The notes under the pieces were generated by a model that worked only from the letters and a program-made list of their open reading frames with translations, had not been told where the DNA came from and searched no databases. The translations under genes and the position numbers were made by a program. Positions 40,245-51,978 of a DNA stretch of 64,000 bases are shown here, piece by piece. Origin of the DNA: Lytechinus pictus (taxonomy: Eukaryota); NCBI RefSeq assembly GCF_037042905.1, contig NC_087245.1, forward strand, positions 36,148,001 through 36,212,000. Reading direction: 5' to 3'. Position 1 is the stretch's first letter. Every line of letters starts with the position of its first letter.

Positions 40245-41525
40245 ATATTTATTTTATTTATTTATTTATTAAAATATCTTTATACAGGATAACAGGCTCA
40301 GATTGACTGTTTTTCAGCCTGGTCCTGTTAACATAAAATAACAATATATACATAATAGATAGAAGAGTAACTTGGGTTCTGTACAGTAATGAGTGAATTC
40401 AATAACATTTAAAATCAAAATTATCACTAATACAAAATTGTTCGAAGATAAAATACACCACCAGTCACAAATTCCCAGACTCACCACTACCTGCCTCCGC
40501 CAGAGAACAATAGAATCAGTGGACCAAATCCATTGCTCTCCGGCCGAAACAGGCAATAGTGATTCAATGAATGGTGATCGGTACCGTATTCATTTTTTTT
40601 TTTTTATTATGAAATGGGAAAACTATCCTGTAGACAATACAATAAAGTTCTGTGAAATATAAATTAAGATGTATAATATCATTGACATAGTAAATACAAA
40701 ATTCAACAAAATTTATGAAGGAAATTAAGAATATAATTATCAATGAGCATATCATACTAGACTTAAGTATAAAATTTTACAAAATAAAAATCGCCAAGTT
40801 AAGTAATGAAAGCTTATTTGCTAAGAGTACGAATTATATTACATAAAAATCATTCATTCCAACATATTTGATATCCCAAATCATTAACAAAATCAAAATA
40901 TAATAATAAAGTAAAATGGAACAAAAAGCATATAATATTAATTATTGAAATAAAACTTCTTATAAATCAATTTAAATGTTTCGATAGTTTGTGCATTTTG
41001 AATATTATGGGGTATGTCGTTCCATCGTTTGGCACCGGAAAATCTGAAAGCTTGTTTGAAAATTGAAAGGTGAACAACGGGTGCAACTACGTTAAGGCTA
41101 TCATTATTTCTTGTATGGTAATTATGTCGGTCACAGACCATTTCAATGTCATTACAAAGTTGGGGAGGGGCTAATCCATGTATACATTTAAACATTTGTG
41201 TGGCAAGAAAGTATTCTTTTCGTTCATCCATATCAGTCCAGGAAAGGTTTTTTACAAATGTTTTAAGAGAAATATTTTGATCAAATTTTCCAGTTATGTA
41301 ACGTGCGGCTCTTTTTTGCAATCTATAAATTTTGCTTTTGTTTTTATCGGTAGTATTTCCCCAAATAGGTAGTCCATAATCGATGCAAGGTTGTATTGTA
41401 AATTTATAAAGGATGTTTAATAATGAAGGACTTAAAAATTTTCTTAATTTTCCAAGGGAACGGATCTTGAATCCAATGGATATGCATAAGTTATTGACGT
41501 GAATGTCCCATTTATGTTCTTTATA
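40245..41525 (-). mobile_element. 5'-truncated L2/CR1-group LINE 3' end
   Basis: ORF 40938-41525: YKFTIQPCIDYGLPIWG...LQKRAAR...GLAP...HNYHTR...FRFSGAKRWNDIP. Long 3'UTR and (TAAA)n tail near 40250. Confidence 0.88.
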
Positions 41526-41675
41526 TGAATGTAAAGTGTACAAACAATAAATGTATAGTATAATTAGTATCCAGTTATGCTGAAATGTCACATTTTTGGC
41601 CCCAATTTCATGGAAATACTCATGTTTATCACTTTTTTAATGTGACTCCTTTTTTATGCTCTTTTTTTTTTACAG

Positions 41676-41742
41676 ACTCTCGTATACAGAAGCCATCTCA
41701 TTATTGGACAGACATAAAGATCAATTTGAATTCAAACCATTA
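41676..41742 (+). pseudogene. NARS2: NARS2-like exon
   Basis: ttttttacag|...|gtaagt, 67 bp. LSYTEAISLLDRHKDQFEFKPL. Confidence 0.85.
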
Positions 41743-42913
41743 GTAAGTAGATAGGCCTTCTATCATACAAGGGAATGTCCACCCCAACAAAAAAGTTGAT
41801 TTGAAATGAGAGAGGAGAATTAAGCAAACTTAATGCTGAAAATTTCATTAAAATCTGATGTAAAAATAAGAAAGCTATGACATTTTAAAGTTTCGCTATT
41901 CTATGTATGTAAATGAAGGAATTGATGACGTCAGCCACTCGCTATTTCTTTTGCATTTTATTTTAAGAAATATTAAATATCTTAGTTTTCTCATTATAAA
42001 GTAAAATAAAGCTTGAATTTTAGTCTGAAAATCTAAATTTGTTTGTTATATTTATGCCTTCACCCACTGCAGGTGTTGCCAGAGTCATTGGCCCTAATTT
42101 ACAAAGGTAGTTTTGAGAACCATTGGTTGAACCCGTGGTTTATCCAGATTTCCTATATATGGGCAATTCCATAAATTTGTAAGTCTGACCCCCTATATGC
42201 GGGACCTTTGTGAAATGTTCTGTCCATAATTTCTGGTTCTTATGACAGTCTGTAATGTTCTCAAAGGACCATGATTTGGTCAGTTTATGAAGTAGAGTAA
42301 GACTTGATTAAAAAAAATGTTGATCATTTTATGGAATCGCTTCATTTACTGAGTAAAAATAAAAAATCCAGCGCTGATAACGTGTTTTTGTCACAAAGCG
42401 CCAGATTGATGCCTATTGCCTTGGTTGAGCATGCTATTTTATTCATCAATCTGCTGTTTTAAACAGTTGACTCATTAATTCAAACAGTGGACTCAACCAT
42501 GGCAATAAGTTCATATCTAGAAACGGTGAAGGCATAAATTTTTACTATGTGTAGTATGTATCCATGTAGTTTATCTCAGACTTTAGACGTGTAGAAGCAT
42601 TAATCTAGTTTATTTCCTTCATTGTCTCCTTGTATTCAGGGGGCCATTTCATAAAGCTGTTCGTAAGTTAAGAGCGACTTTAAGGACGACTGGTGATACT
42701 TTCTTACGCGCAAATCCATCGCTAATGAATATACCATTCGCCATAAGAATGGATCACCAGTCTTAACTTACAAACAGCATTATGAAACACCCACCTGGTA
42801 TCAAACAAACTCCATGAACATTCAACAGGTTTGTGCAGTTATTTATCTCAGAGTTTAGAAGGGCAGAGGCATTAATCAATTTTTCTTTCATTTATGCTTT
42901 TGCTTTTATACAG

Positions 42914-43045
42914 TGGGGCTTTGACCTGCAGTCTGAACACGAGGCCTTCTTGGTTTGTCACTGTGGGAACATCCCTGTCTTTGTAGTGGACTACCCAAAG
43001 TATATCAAACCTTTCTATGCTAGGCTGAATAGCGATGACAAAACG
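42914..43045 (+). pseudogene. NARS2: NARS2-like exon
   Basis: ttttatacag|...|gtgagt. [44 protein letters not shown]. Confidence 0.92.
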
Positions 43046-43101
43046 GTGAGTAGCTGGTTTGACATATTGCATTAACACATAGCTGAAATCAGATCATTTA
43101 A

Positions 43102-43858
43102 CCCTTAATAAACTGGGGGGGGGGGTCAATTTGACCCCCCCTCGACAAATTTCGTCAGTACGCCGTCGAGCGAAATTTTTTGAAAGCGCCGCTCACTGAC
43201 TTTTTACTTTCAAGTCTTGCACGTCTTTTGAGACCAAACTTGCAACGCCCGGGTACGCGGTTCCGAAATTACACAATATTTTGTAAGGGCATGTCGGTCC
43301 CAAAATTGCTCAAAAACGTGATTACGTGGACAAAGTCAGTGCAAATTGTGTTTTTTAACCAAAAATCATAAATGTATGATTATTTTTAGTTTTGTTGGTT
43401 TAGATGGATTTATTTTATGTTATTTATGATTGCAAAAGTGTCACCGACAAAGTTTAATCGAAAAAATGAATAAATACATACAAATAAAAAAAAGATACAT
43501 ACGAAATTAATTATTTTTCAGCAATTTTTTGTAGATTTTTGTTTAAAAATGTAAAAATCTATATGTTCACCAATAATTAGCATTCTACTAGTTGTATAAA
43601 TTGAGTTAAAGGCAAAAACATACCAAAAAAAAAACAAAATTTAGGGCAAATTTCATACTCTTATTTGCATATTTGATTAATGAAAAAATATAAGCAATTA
43701 ATTTTTTGAAAATTTGACTATACAGTCTTGTAGTTTACATCTGGGTCTACGCATGTGCAAATTTTTAGCGGCGATCGCGAAATCAACGGCTGAGATCTGG
43801 GGGGGGGGGTCAATATGACAAGTATATGTTTGTCTGCAATAGCCCAGTTAAGATAGGG
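43102..43858. mobile_element. piggyBac-like MITE
   Basis: TTAA|CCCTTAATAAACTGGG ... CCCAGTTAAGATAGGG|TTAA. Confidence 0.8.
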
Positions 43859-44487
43859 TTAAATTCATTTTAAAAATGGCAAATTTAAATGTCTATTTAG
43901 TCCACCCCAACAAAAAGTTAGGCCGAATATTCATCAAAATTTGATGTAATAATAAAAACAGTTGTATGCTCATCCTGGTCAGTATGCAAATGAGGGAACT
44001 AATGACAATGATCATTTCATCAGTTTCTTATGTATTATATGAAATATCTGAATTTTCTCCGCATTATAATGTGAAACAATACTTGTAATTCACTTTTCCT
44101 TGAATGTGTGGTATTGTCATTGTTATCTATTGTGATTTGATGAAAAGTCTATCTCTTGTCAAATCCGCAAAAAATGAATGATGTATAATTTAAAGAATGA
44201 AATATCAAAGAAAAGTGAATGGGCACCATCATTTACTCTCCAATTTGCATTTCACTGTTTTGTACAAAATAAGTGAAATTAAAAAATATCATAACTTTCT
44301 TATTTTGCATCCAATTTTGATGAAATTTTCAGTGTTATGCTCATTTGATTTTTCTCTTCTGGACTTGACCTCTAATGGAATATGTGTCGCAGTCAGAGGC
44401 TGAGTAGAAGAGCCTTGTCTTACAAAGATTTGTGATTGATCCAATTAATCACAACTAGTAAAGTGCATTTCATAATTCTTTATACAG

Positions 44488-44711
44488 GGGTCCGTTGCAG
44501 AAAGAGTTGCGTTTAAACGCAAGTCAATAAATCAATTGCAAGTCCCAAATGCGCGCTGTTGATTGGTAGAAAATCAAGTTGTGCATGGCCCGTTGCAGAA
44601 AGAGTTGCAATCAATCGCAACTATAAACATCATGCGCAACTTGATTTTCTACCAATCAACAGCGCGCATTTGGGACTTGCGTTTAAACGCAACTCTTTCT
44701 GCAACGGACCC
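44488..44711. mobile_element. Palindromic MITE with CAG TSD, nested in another MITE
   Basis: CAG|GGGTCCGTTGCAGAAAGAGTTGCGTTTAAACGCAAGTC ... GACTTGCGTTTAAACGCAACTCTTTCTGCAACGGACCC|CAG. Confidence 0.85.
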
Positions 44712-44946
44712 CAGTATAAAGAATTGCAGGAAATGTCATCAATGTCCCTTTGTTGATGAGCAGGAGCAAAGAGATTTGCCAAGACGTTGATGGTTGTAGA
44801 AGTATATGTCATATAATATTTCGAAATTACACATGCGTTTTAGATGTTGGGGTCGCTGGCTTGCCATAGTTGTGAAGGGGCCCGAGTGTACAATGAAAAC
44901 TACAGTACTTTATGACTACAAATTTCTTTTCAATATTTTACCCCAG

Positions 44947-45080
44947 GCAGCAGTTGTAGATCTGTTGGTTCCAAGAGTAGGCGAGTTGATCGGTGGTGGC
45001 CGTAGCTTGAGAGAGGAACGTCTTGATGAACTCCAACATAGAACAAAGCACCTGGGACTACAGGATTCTAATTACCAATG
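44947..45080 (+). pseudogene. NARS2: NARS2-like exon
   Basis: tttaccccag|...|gtatgt. [44 protein letters not shown](W). Confidence 0.92.
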
Positions 45081-45140
45081 GTATGTAGTGCAAGACCCTA
45101 GTTCCAGCAACATTGAAGCTAAAGCCTGGCTCTTGCCGTT

Positions 45141-45333
45141 GGGCAATTCCATAAAATATGTATGTCCGACCCCCTATATGTGGGACTTTCATGAAATTTT
45201 CTGTCTCTGATTTCTTGTTCTTTTGACAGTCTTTTAATGCTCTCGAATGACCAGTCAGTTTTTAAAGTGAAGTAAGACTTGAGAAAAATGGGGTCAGACG
45301 TACAAGAAGGTTGATCATTTTATGGAATTGCCC
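45141..45333. mobile_element. MITE with GGGCAATTCCATAA TIR
   Basis: 14-bp TIR. Related copies near 42161-42340 and 63680-63970. Confidence 0.75.
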
Positions 45334-45991
45334 CTTTGCATTTTAAGCTGCGTATTGCTGCGTAAGCCTCCCCAAAAAAGCAATACGCAGCCCAGCGCAG
45401 CATACTATGCAACAAAGTATTCCGTTGCAATTATACTTTTACCATGGTTATGCACGCTATTTTATTCACGAGTCCACTGTTTTGAATTGATGAGTCTACT
45501 GTTCAAAGCAATGGTCTCGTGAATGAAATAATGTGCTCACCATGACAACCTGTGGCAAAAGTGTGCATCACCATTGGACATTTTTCATTATACATGGTAA
45601 AATGAGCGTAATTTATACAGGAAATTTGCATACAACTATGGTTTTCAAAACCACCTTTGTGAATTTGTGCCTTTTAGTGGCAGCAAATTTGGAATTGACT
45701 TTGTTTTAATTTAGAGTGAAGCTCAAACCACACAGGAATTTTCAGTATGAATAGAGATCTTATAGGCTGGTGGCAAAGAATTTAGAAGTGAATTTGGTTA
45801 ATTCATTACAGGGAGGCTCGAACTATACTGGAATTTCGATTTCAGAATTCAAAAATTGTACAGAACTTTTATCGTGAAGATTTTATGGGTTGGAATTTTC
45901 ATATCAAGTGCTAATGCAATTTCATTGATCGCAACGTAGTGTGCATTTTACGCCTGGCTTAATGATTAAATACTTGCTTTTGCTTCTCCAG

Positions 45992-46150
45992 GTATCTGGA
46001 TTTAAGACGCTTTTGAACAGTTCCCCATGGTGGCTTTGGACTTGTGGCTTTGGACTTGGGTTTGAGCGCCTGCTAGGGTACTTACTTGGTGTGGACCACA
46101 TACGAGATGTCATTCCCTTCCCACGATTCCCTGGCTCCTGCCCTCTCTGA
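45992..46150 (+). pseudogene. NARS2: NARS2-like terminal exon (motif 3) with nonsense codon and frameshift
   Basis: ttctccag|. [16 protein letters not shown], then duplicated GTGGCTTTGGACTT, then [30 protein letters not shown] in a shifted frame. Confidence 0.92.
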
Positions 46151-49100
46151 TGGTAGCTCTGTCAAACTTCTTAATGGGGACATCTTCTGATTGTGGTGTG
46201 ATGGTGCTGATTTTACCCGACTGCTGAGAACGGATGATGAATGTCTGCTAGCAACCAGAGGACAGATGGCTTTGCATCCTTGCAGAGGGACCTGGACATG
46301 AGGTTCAGGGGAAACCAGGAAGTGGGGGGGGGGTGTTTCACAAAGATTTAAGTGCGACATATGGGGTGTTGCAGGAAACTTGCAGTTGATCGCAAGACAG
46401 TTTTAGGACCACAAATCAATGGAAAGTCTCCCTTTTCATTGCAATTTTGCAAATATTTCCCTGCAACCCCCCCCCCTAGGAGTCGCACTTAAATTTAAGT
46501 AGCGCACTTTATGTGCACTACCGTGTGCTAGCGTTTAAGCATGACTCAAAGTCCCTCTTATCTTTTGTGAATCGCCCATCAGGACCTAGGCCTCGCATCA
46601 AACACAGGAATCTGTGTTACGAAGATCACTGTCCTACCATTGCGCGCTACCATTGGGAATGTTTCTTGGAACAAATAGTTATTTTCACAGACTAATTCTC
46701 TCTAAGCCAATCAGATACAAGGAATATGGTAGCTTATAACAGAAGTCAGTAAAGTCCAAGTGCACACTATGCGATCCGATACAACAGAAGTCAGTAAAGT
46801 CCAAGCGCACACTATGTGATCCGATACAATACAGTTTTTTTAATGAATTGCATTTTGCATTAAATATGAAAGTGCCAAGGAGTAAAAGTATTTCATTTGA
46901 AGACAGGCATAATGTTAGGAATAATAAAATCATAATTTTGCTTTGCGGCAAGCCCTGTGGTCGGAGTAATGTCCAAAGTGGCTTCAAGTCGCAGCCGTTG
47001 GTGACATTATGATTTGGAATTGAATTTGCTTTTATCCCTACACGGATGCTCGAATTAAACTGAATTTCGATTGTAATAGTCAATCCACTTTTTTTAACTC
47101 TACTCGCTAAGATTTCATAAGTTGGAATGTTCATATCAAATGTTATTGGAATTTCTTTGAAATTTGGATTGCAACGAATCGTATAGTGTGCGCTGGGGTT
47201 TTGAGTCACTATTTGTTACATTGCATGCTCCCCTGATATACCATATTTTATCAAGGGTTATTATCTAATACTTACTGATATTATCCGAAAAATTGACAAT
47301 TATGAGGTCAGTATGGTAAGGTCCCCTAAGACTGCGCAGGCCCCTTGTCTGCGCACATGCGTATCTGCGCGACTCTAGCAAAAGAAGATACACGACGACC
47401 ACAGACTTTACATGACTTTAAAATACATAGAAACATATTCATGAAAAAAACTAACTCAAAATGATGGAAAATCAATAATTTGGGGGCATTTATGTGACGG
47501 CCTCCAAATGCAGCCTTTTTCATAAAAATCCCTGAAATCGTGTGTAAAGTGAATGGGTGCGCAGACATGTGGCTCTCCATTATTCTGTTTAATCTGAAAA
47601 TGACTTGCTGATGTTTTTTCCAAGAAAATCATATATTTCTCTAAAATTCTTATGAGATTTCAACTGTAAATTTTCTTGAAAATAAAGAAAAATCATGATT
47701 AATATTAATCTAAATTTTTAGGTGCGCAGACATGGCTCCTTCCCCCTTCAATCAAAAGTGAATGTAGTCTAACTACTTCAGACTCTGCATCATGCATTCT
47801 GTGGAAAATCAAAGGTCTTTGCCTGCAGACTACTAAAGGCTTTGAAGAAGTTAGTGCAATATTATACAAATAATGCATGGCTCAGTGCATTGGGTCAGCA
47901 TGCGATAACTCTGTCTGGAAACCATACATTTATGTCAATGGGTCATCGACATCATTGCCCTCTTTGTGACCTTGGATTATCACAGTTTTAAGGGTAAATG
48001 AAAAAGAGAAAAAAATTGATCTTTCAAAGTCGGAAATGTAACACTCCTGGAATATTGCATTGCATAATGCAGGCAATATCTATTTAACATTGGAGATTTC
48101 TGCCACATTAATCAAATCTACCAAGAGTCATATATTTGGGTTTTTTTAATCCAATATGGGACTTAATGTGCTTTTGCTATTCATGAACCCATTTTATATT
48201 TTTTATGTAGACTTTTTGTAGCAGGAGCAGGTCCAAGCTATTTTCTCTTTGCTTACAGTTAAAATATCAGAATTATCAGTTCTTTCATTAGTAGATGCAA
48301 ACTCTGTTAGCCATGGTTACTACATGTAGGAGTCAATAAGTTGTGCATTGGTTAGAAATGATTTGCAAGTATTTTTAGTCTTTGAATTATGATCATTTAG
48401 AATTAGGCTGAGTATTTGTGGTTTAAAAGCCTGTCTTCAGTTTTGAAAAAGGCTAAAAAATGTAAAATATTCTTGATCATTTTACATTTTGATTTTAAGA
48501 CTTTGTAGTAGCTGATTAATTTTCTTTTTTTTTCATCCCCCAATTCTCTGACAATTTAAATATTCAAACCAAACATATTTAGTGCCCTCTATCAGTGATA
48601 TTTTGTGTTCCTTTGATAGGGCTTTTTGAACATTTAATCTTACAAATTTAGGGATTTATTATTATTTATTATAGTCAAAGATTATGTCCTAAAATCTTCA
48701 GTCCAGTCCATGCCTTGGAATAGGTTAACAAATACGTAAACCTCGTAGTTTATTTTGACCGGGCACCCAATCAGAATACATTGTCATGTACATGTAAAAT
48801 GGCAATTTTTTTCACCTGTAAAACTCATTTTTATTTCATATCCTCCACATCTGAAATGTTTTAGGGCATACAGTACACATTCATATAGTGTAGTAATGAA
48901 TTGCAATTACCATAGTGACATTTTGGTGGATTTACCAAGACTAAAAACAGGCTTTAAGTTAATGTATAATTTTTCTCAGTAAAGTTGTGATTTTGTGATT
49001 ATTTTGTGTTGACTAGTCTGCAAAAGTGGATCCAAAGGTTTTCCAGAGTTTTTGCCGTTTTGAGTTTTATCTCTGGTTTTTTACCCTGGACCTACTTGTC

Positions 49101-51821
49101 GTAGAATTTTTCAACACAAAATTTTCACTCCCCTGCGCAGCAGGGACAAATGTCACATAGGTCATTATTTGAAATTAGGTTAGGTTTGCAATATATTCTC
49201 GGTCTGGCACTGGCGGGGTGTAACATTTGATTGCATGGAGTTAATGATCCATGTGCATGTATATTTTTCTAATTTTTTCATACTCCCATTAATACATGGT
49301 GCCAGTTATATGCTTTTCTGTTTGTTAAGTAAAAAGTCCAAGAGTATTTAGGCCTGTTAAGGAAGTACTTAAATATAAATTATCAGATTGTTTTGGATAT
49401 TTGAAAAGTATATGCAGAGTTGCCAATTAGTGGGATTTGTTCTAAATAATTAATAGGATTTTTAAGGGGAAATCGACACTAAATAAGGTTTTCCCCTAGA
49501 AATATGATTTTTGAAACTTGTAAGAATTATGATTTTTAGTATGCTTCGTTTTCACAAAAATCTTAAAGAAAAATAAGATTGTAGGCTTGACGATAAGATA
49601 AAAAGAAATAAATAATAGGATTTTTTTTCACAATGTAAGTTGGCAGCTCTGTATATGGCACTATCGAGACAATTCCCAGAAGTGTTTCACAAGTAGCTAA
49701 AATCAGTCTCAAAGTCATGCTATAGTATGCACATGATATGTAATGTGGAGCTTCATTGATTCATACAGAGAAGAGCACGTTCTCTGAGCATGATCCAACC
49801 AATGAAGTTTTTGTATTTCATTTTCCAAACAAGTGAATATTCAAAAACAATTTGTAGTCATAGTTTCATCTTTGTGAAGCACTCCTGTGATTTGTCCCGT
49901 TTGTCGCATGTAATGTCAGATAGCTTGGACCTGCTTTACAGTGTATGATTGTCTGTACTACTTGCTTTGCATTCTTGATGTTACTTTTCTTTCTTGAACA
50001 AAACTGTAAGACCAGCAGCCGAGAAGATTCGTTAAAGTTGGAGGACCATGGCAGTTGACCTCATTGATTGATGGTGGTAGGCCCGACACCTCACAAACAT
50101 GGCTTCCTGTCTGGTTTAAGCTGGGATCGTCCTGTCAGAATTGCACAATATGTGATGTCACTACCGTGAGACCTATTTTTCAGTGTGCAGAGGAGGGCAC
50201 TTGACACTGCTGTGCATGGCATACAGCTTCCGTAATGTAAGTGCTTTATTGATGATTTCAATGAACTTTTGTGTAGCCGAGAGTATGGGAGACAATGTAC
50301 ATGATTTTCCAGCAGTTATTACTGAAGTTATTCATTAGTTTGGAAATAGAGGGCAGCATTATTACCCACACTGGGCTTTTATTTACATTTAGCATCGATC
50401 ACACTTCAAATTCATGACTAATCTTTGGAATGATATTCTTTTCATGAAAATCTATCAAAACGATACCATCCCTGAAAGCAATTTTGATGAATTTGTAGGG
50501 ACTTAAAAAAATCCCCATTGCTCTCCTCCCCTCGTGTTTAACATTCCCCTCTCCTCTTCTACAATGTAATACTTGCATTATTTGTTGATCCATTGATTGC
50601 CGTCTTTCTTCATATACCTCCCAGTACTATCCGCTCTAGCTGCTGGTCCAAAGTAATCTTTGTTTCACACTGTTGCAACGTAACATCTGCCATGACTGAT
50701 ATAATAATTTGCTATTTAGACAAAGAAATCATTTAAAAGGAAATTGATAAATGTTTCCAGACTATGATATCCCTATTTTTTTATTAGTTGTCTAGACATG
50801 ATAGAGCAGCGTGAATTATTTTGCAATAAATCAAATCCCCTTTTCTGTACCTATTATTTTTTGGACGGACTAATTGGAATTATTTTTTCTAAATATTTGG
50901 TTCAATCCCCATTCACCATGAACCTAATTTTTTTTTCAAAAATGCCGAGTGTGTATCTATGATGTAAACACAGAATGAGAGAGATCTAGCCAGACCTGTG
51001 TTGGATGATAATGATATTGTGATGAAGGTGGCTTCTCAATATTGGTTCGTCTGCAAAAAAAAAAAAAAAGACAAAAACAAAAAACATAAAGACAAACCTT
51101 TTGTCTTTTATACTAAATTTGGATAAAAAGTCGAACCTTTTTATGGGGATTGTGTGCTTCAATGGTTTTCCACAACTTCGCCTCCAATCACTACAAGACA
51201 AGTTAGTCTGGAATCTAGTTTTAGAAGTGCAATGTCAAATTTTTATGTCTATCTTGCCAGCATTTGCCATTTACTTTTCAAGCCTTGCCCGCTCTAGTGT
51301 TTCTAGTTGACCCTTTGTGTTGGGCCTTTTGCACGTTTGTCAAATATATTTGATGGAGCAGTTTAGCCAAGCTTAGTCGCAGTAATCAAGGTTCATCAAG
51401 AATCGGTTTGCACTACAAACAAGCAAAGAGAGGAACCGTTGTTTGAAGAGTGATCTGCTGACTTCCAGAGTAATGTTTCAATTGCATGTGACATTTTTGT
51501 ATTTGGTGTTTGAGAATCTGATTTTTTTTCAACCTATTTGTTGGTATCCATTACTCTTCAAAACATCATGCAGGTTGCATATTATCAGTTAGTAATTCAA
51601 ATGGTGACATCTGATGAGGGGTCTGTGTCTTTGTTTTACTAAAAATACATGGTGCCTTACAGGTGGTCTAAATGATGATAATCCTTGCATCGTTTGGTAA
51701 ACATTACAGCATTTTGATCTGCATTGCTCTTGCTATCTGCTTATTGCCATCTGGACTCTGGAATTCATCCACATTTCAGTCTGTGGGTGAGGCAGTGATC
51801 CACCAGGTTCTCAACATTGTG

Positions 51822-51978
51822 GGACCCATTTCATAAAGGACTTGCAGTTGTAGTAACTTTGTCATTATGGCAACTACCATGGAAACCTTGATTCTGATTG
51901 GCTGCTGAGCCCAGTTACCATGGTAGATGTCATTATGGCAGAGTTACAACAGTTGCAAGTCCTTTATGAAACAGGCCC
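51822..51978. mobile_element. Palindromic MITE
   Basis: GGACCCATTTCATAAAGGACTTGCA ... TGCAAGTCCTTTATGAAACAGGCCC. Confidence 0.75.

Larger units (their letters stand above)
27065..46150 (+). pseudogene. NARS2: Unprocessed partial pseudogene of mitochondrial asparaginyl-tRNA synthetase (3' exons only)
   Basis: Six GT-AG exons encode class IIb AsnRS motifs: [12 protein letters not shown]..RxLAEFYM, WGx[43 protein letters not shown]...[11 protein letters not shown]. Lesions: TGA at 46014-46016, 14-bp duplication at 46030-46057, 1-bp frameshift in the first exon. No 5' exons found. Confidence 0.85.

Noticed and set aside
46014..46016. TGA as selenocysteine, readthrough or mitochondrial-code Trp
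   Set aside because: Nuclear spliced gene, the position is a conserved Gly, and a frameshift follows within about 30 bp.
45941..46150. ORF-track 69-aa ORF taken as an intact NARS2 terminal exon
   Set aside because: Its N-terminal half is off-frame. The spliced frame has a TGA and a 14-bp duplication.
46685..47209. 174-aa minus-strand ORF
   Set aside because: No recognisable domain. It spans a ~45-bp tandem duplication and AT-rich sequence downstream of the NARS2 stop.
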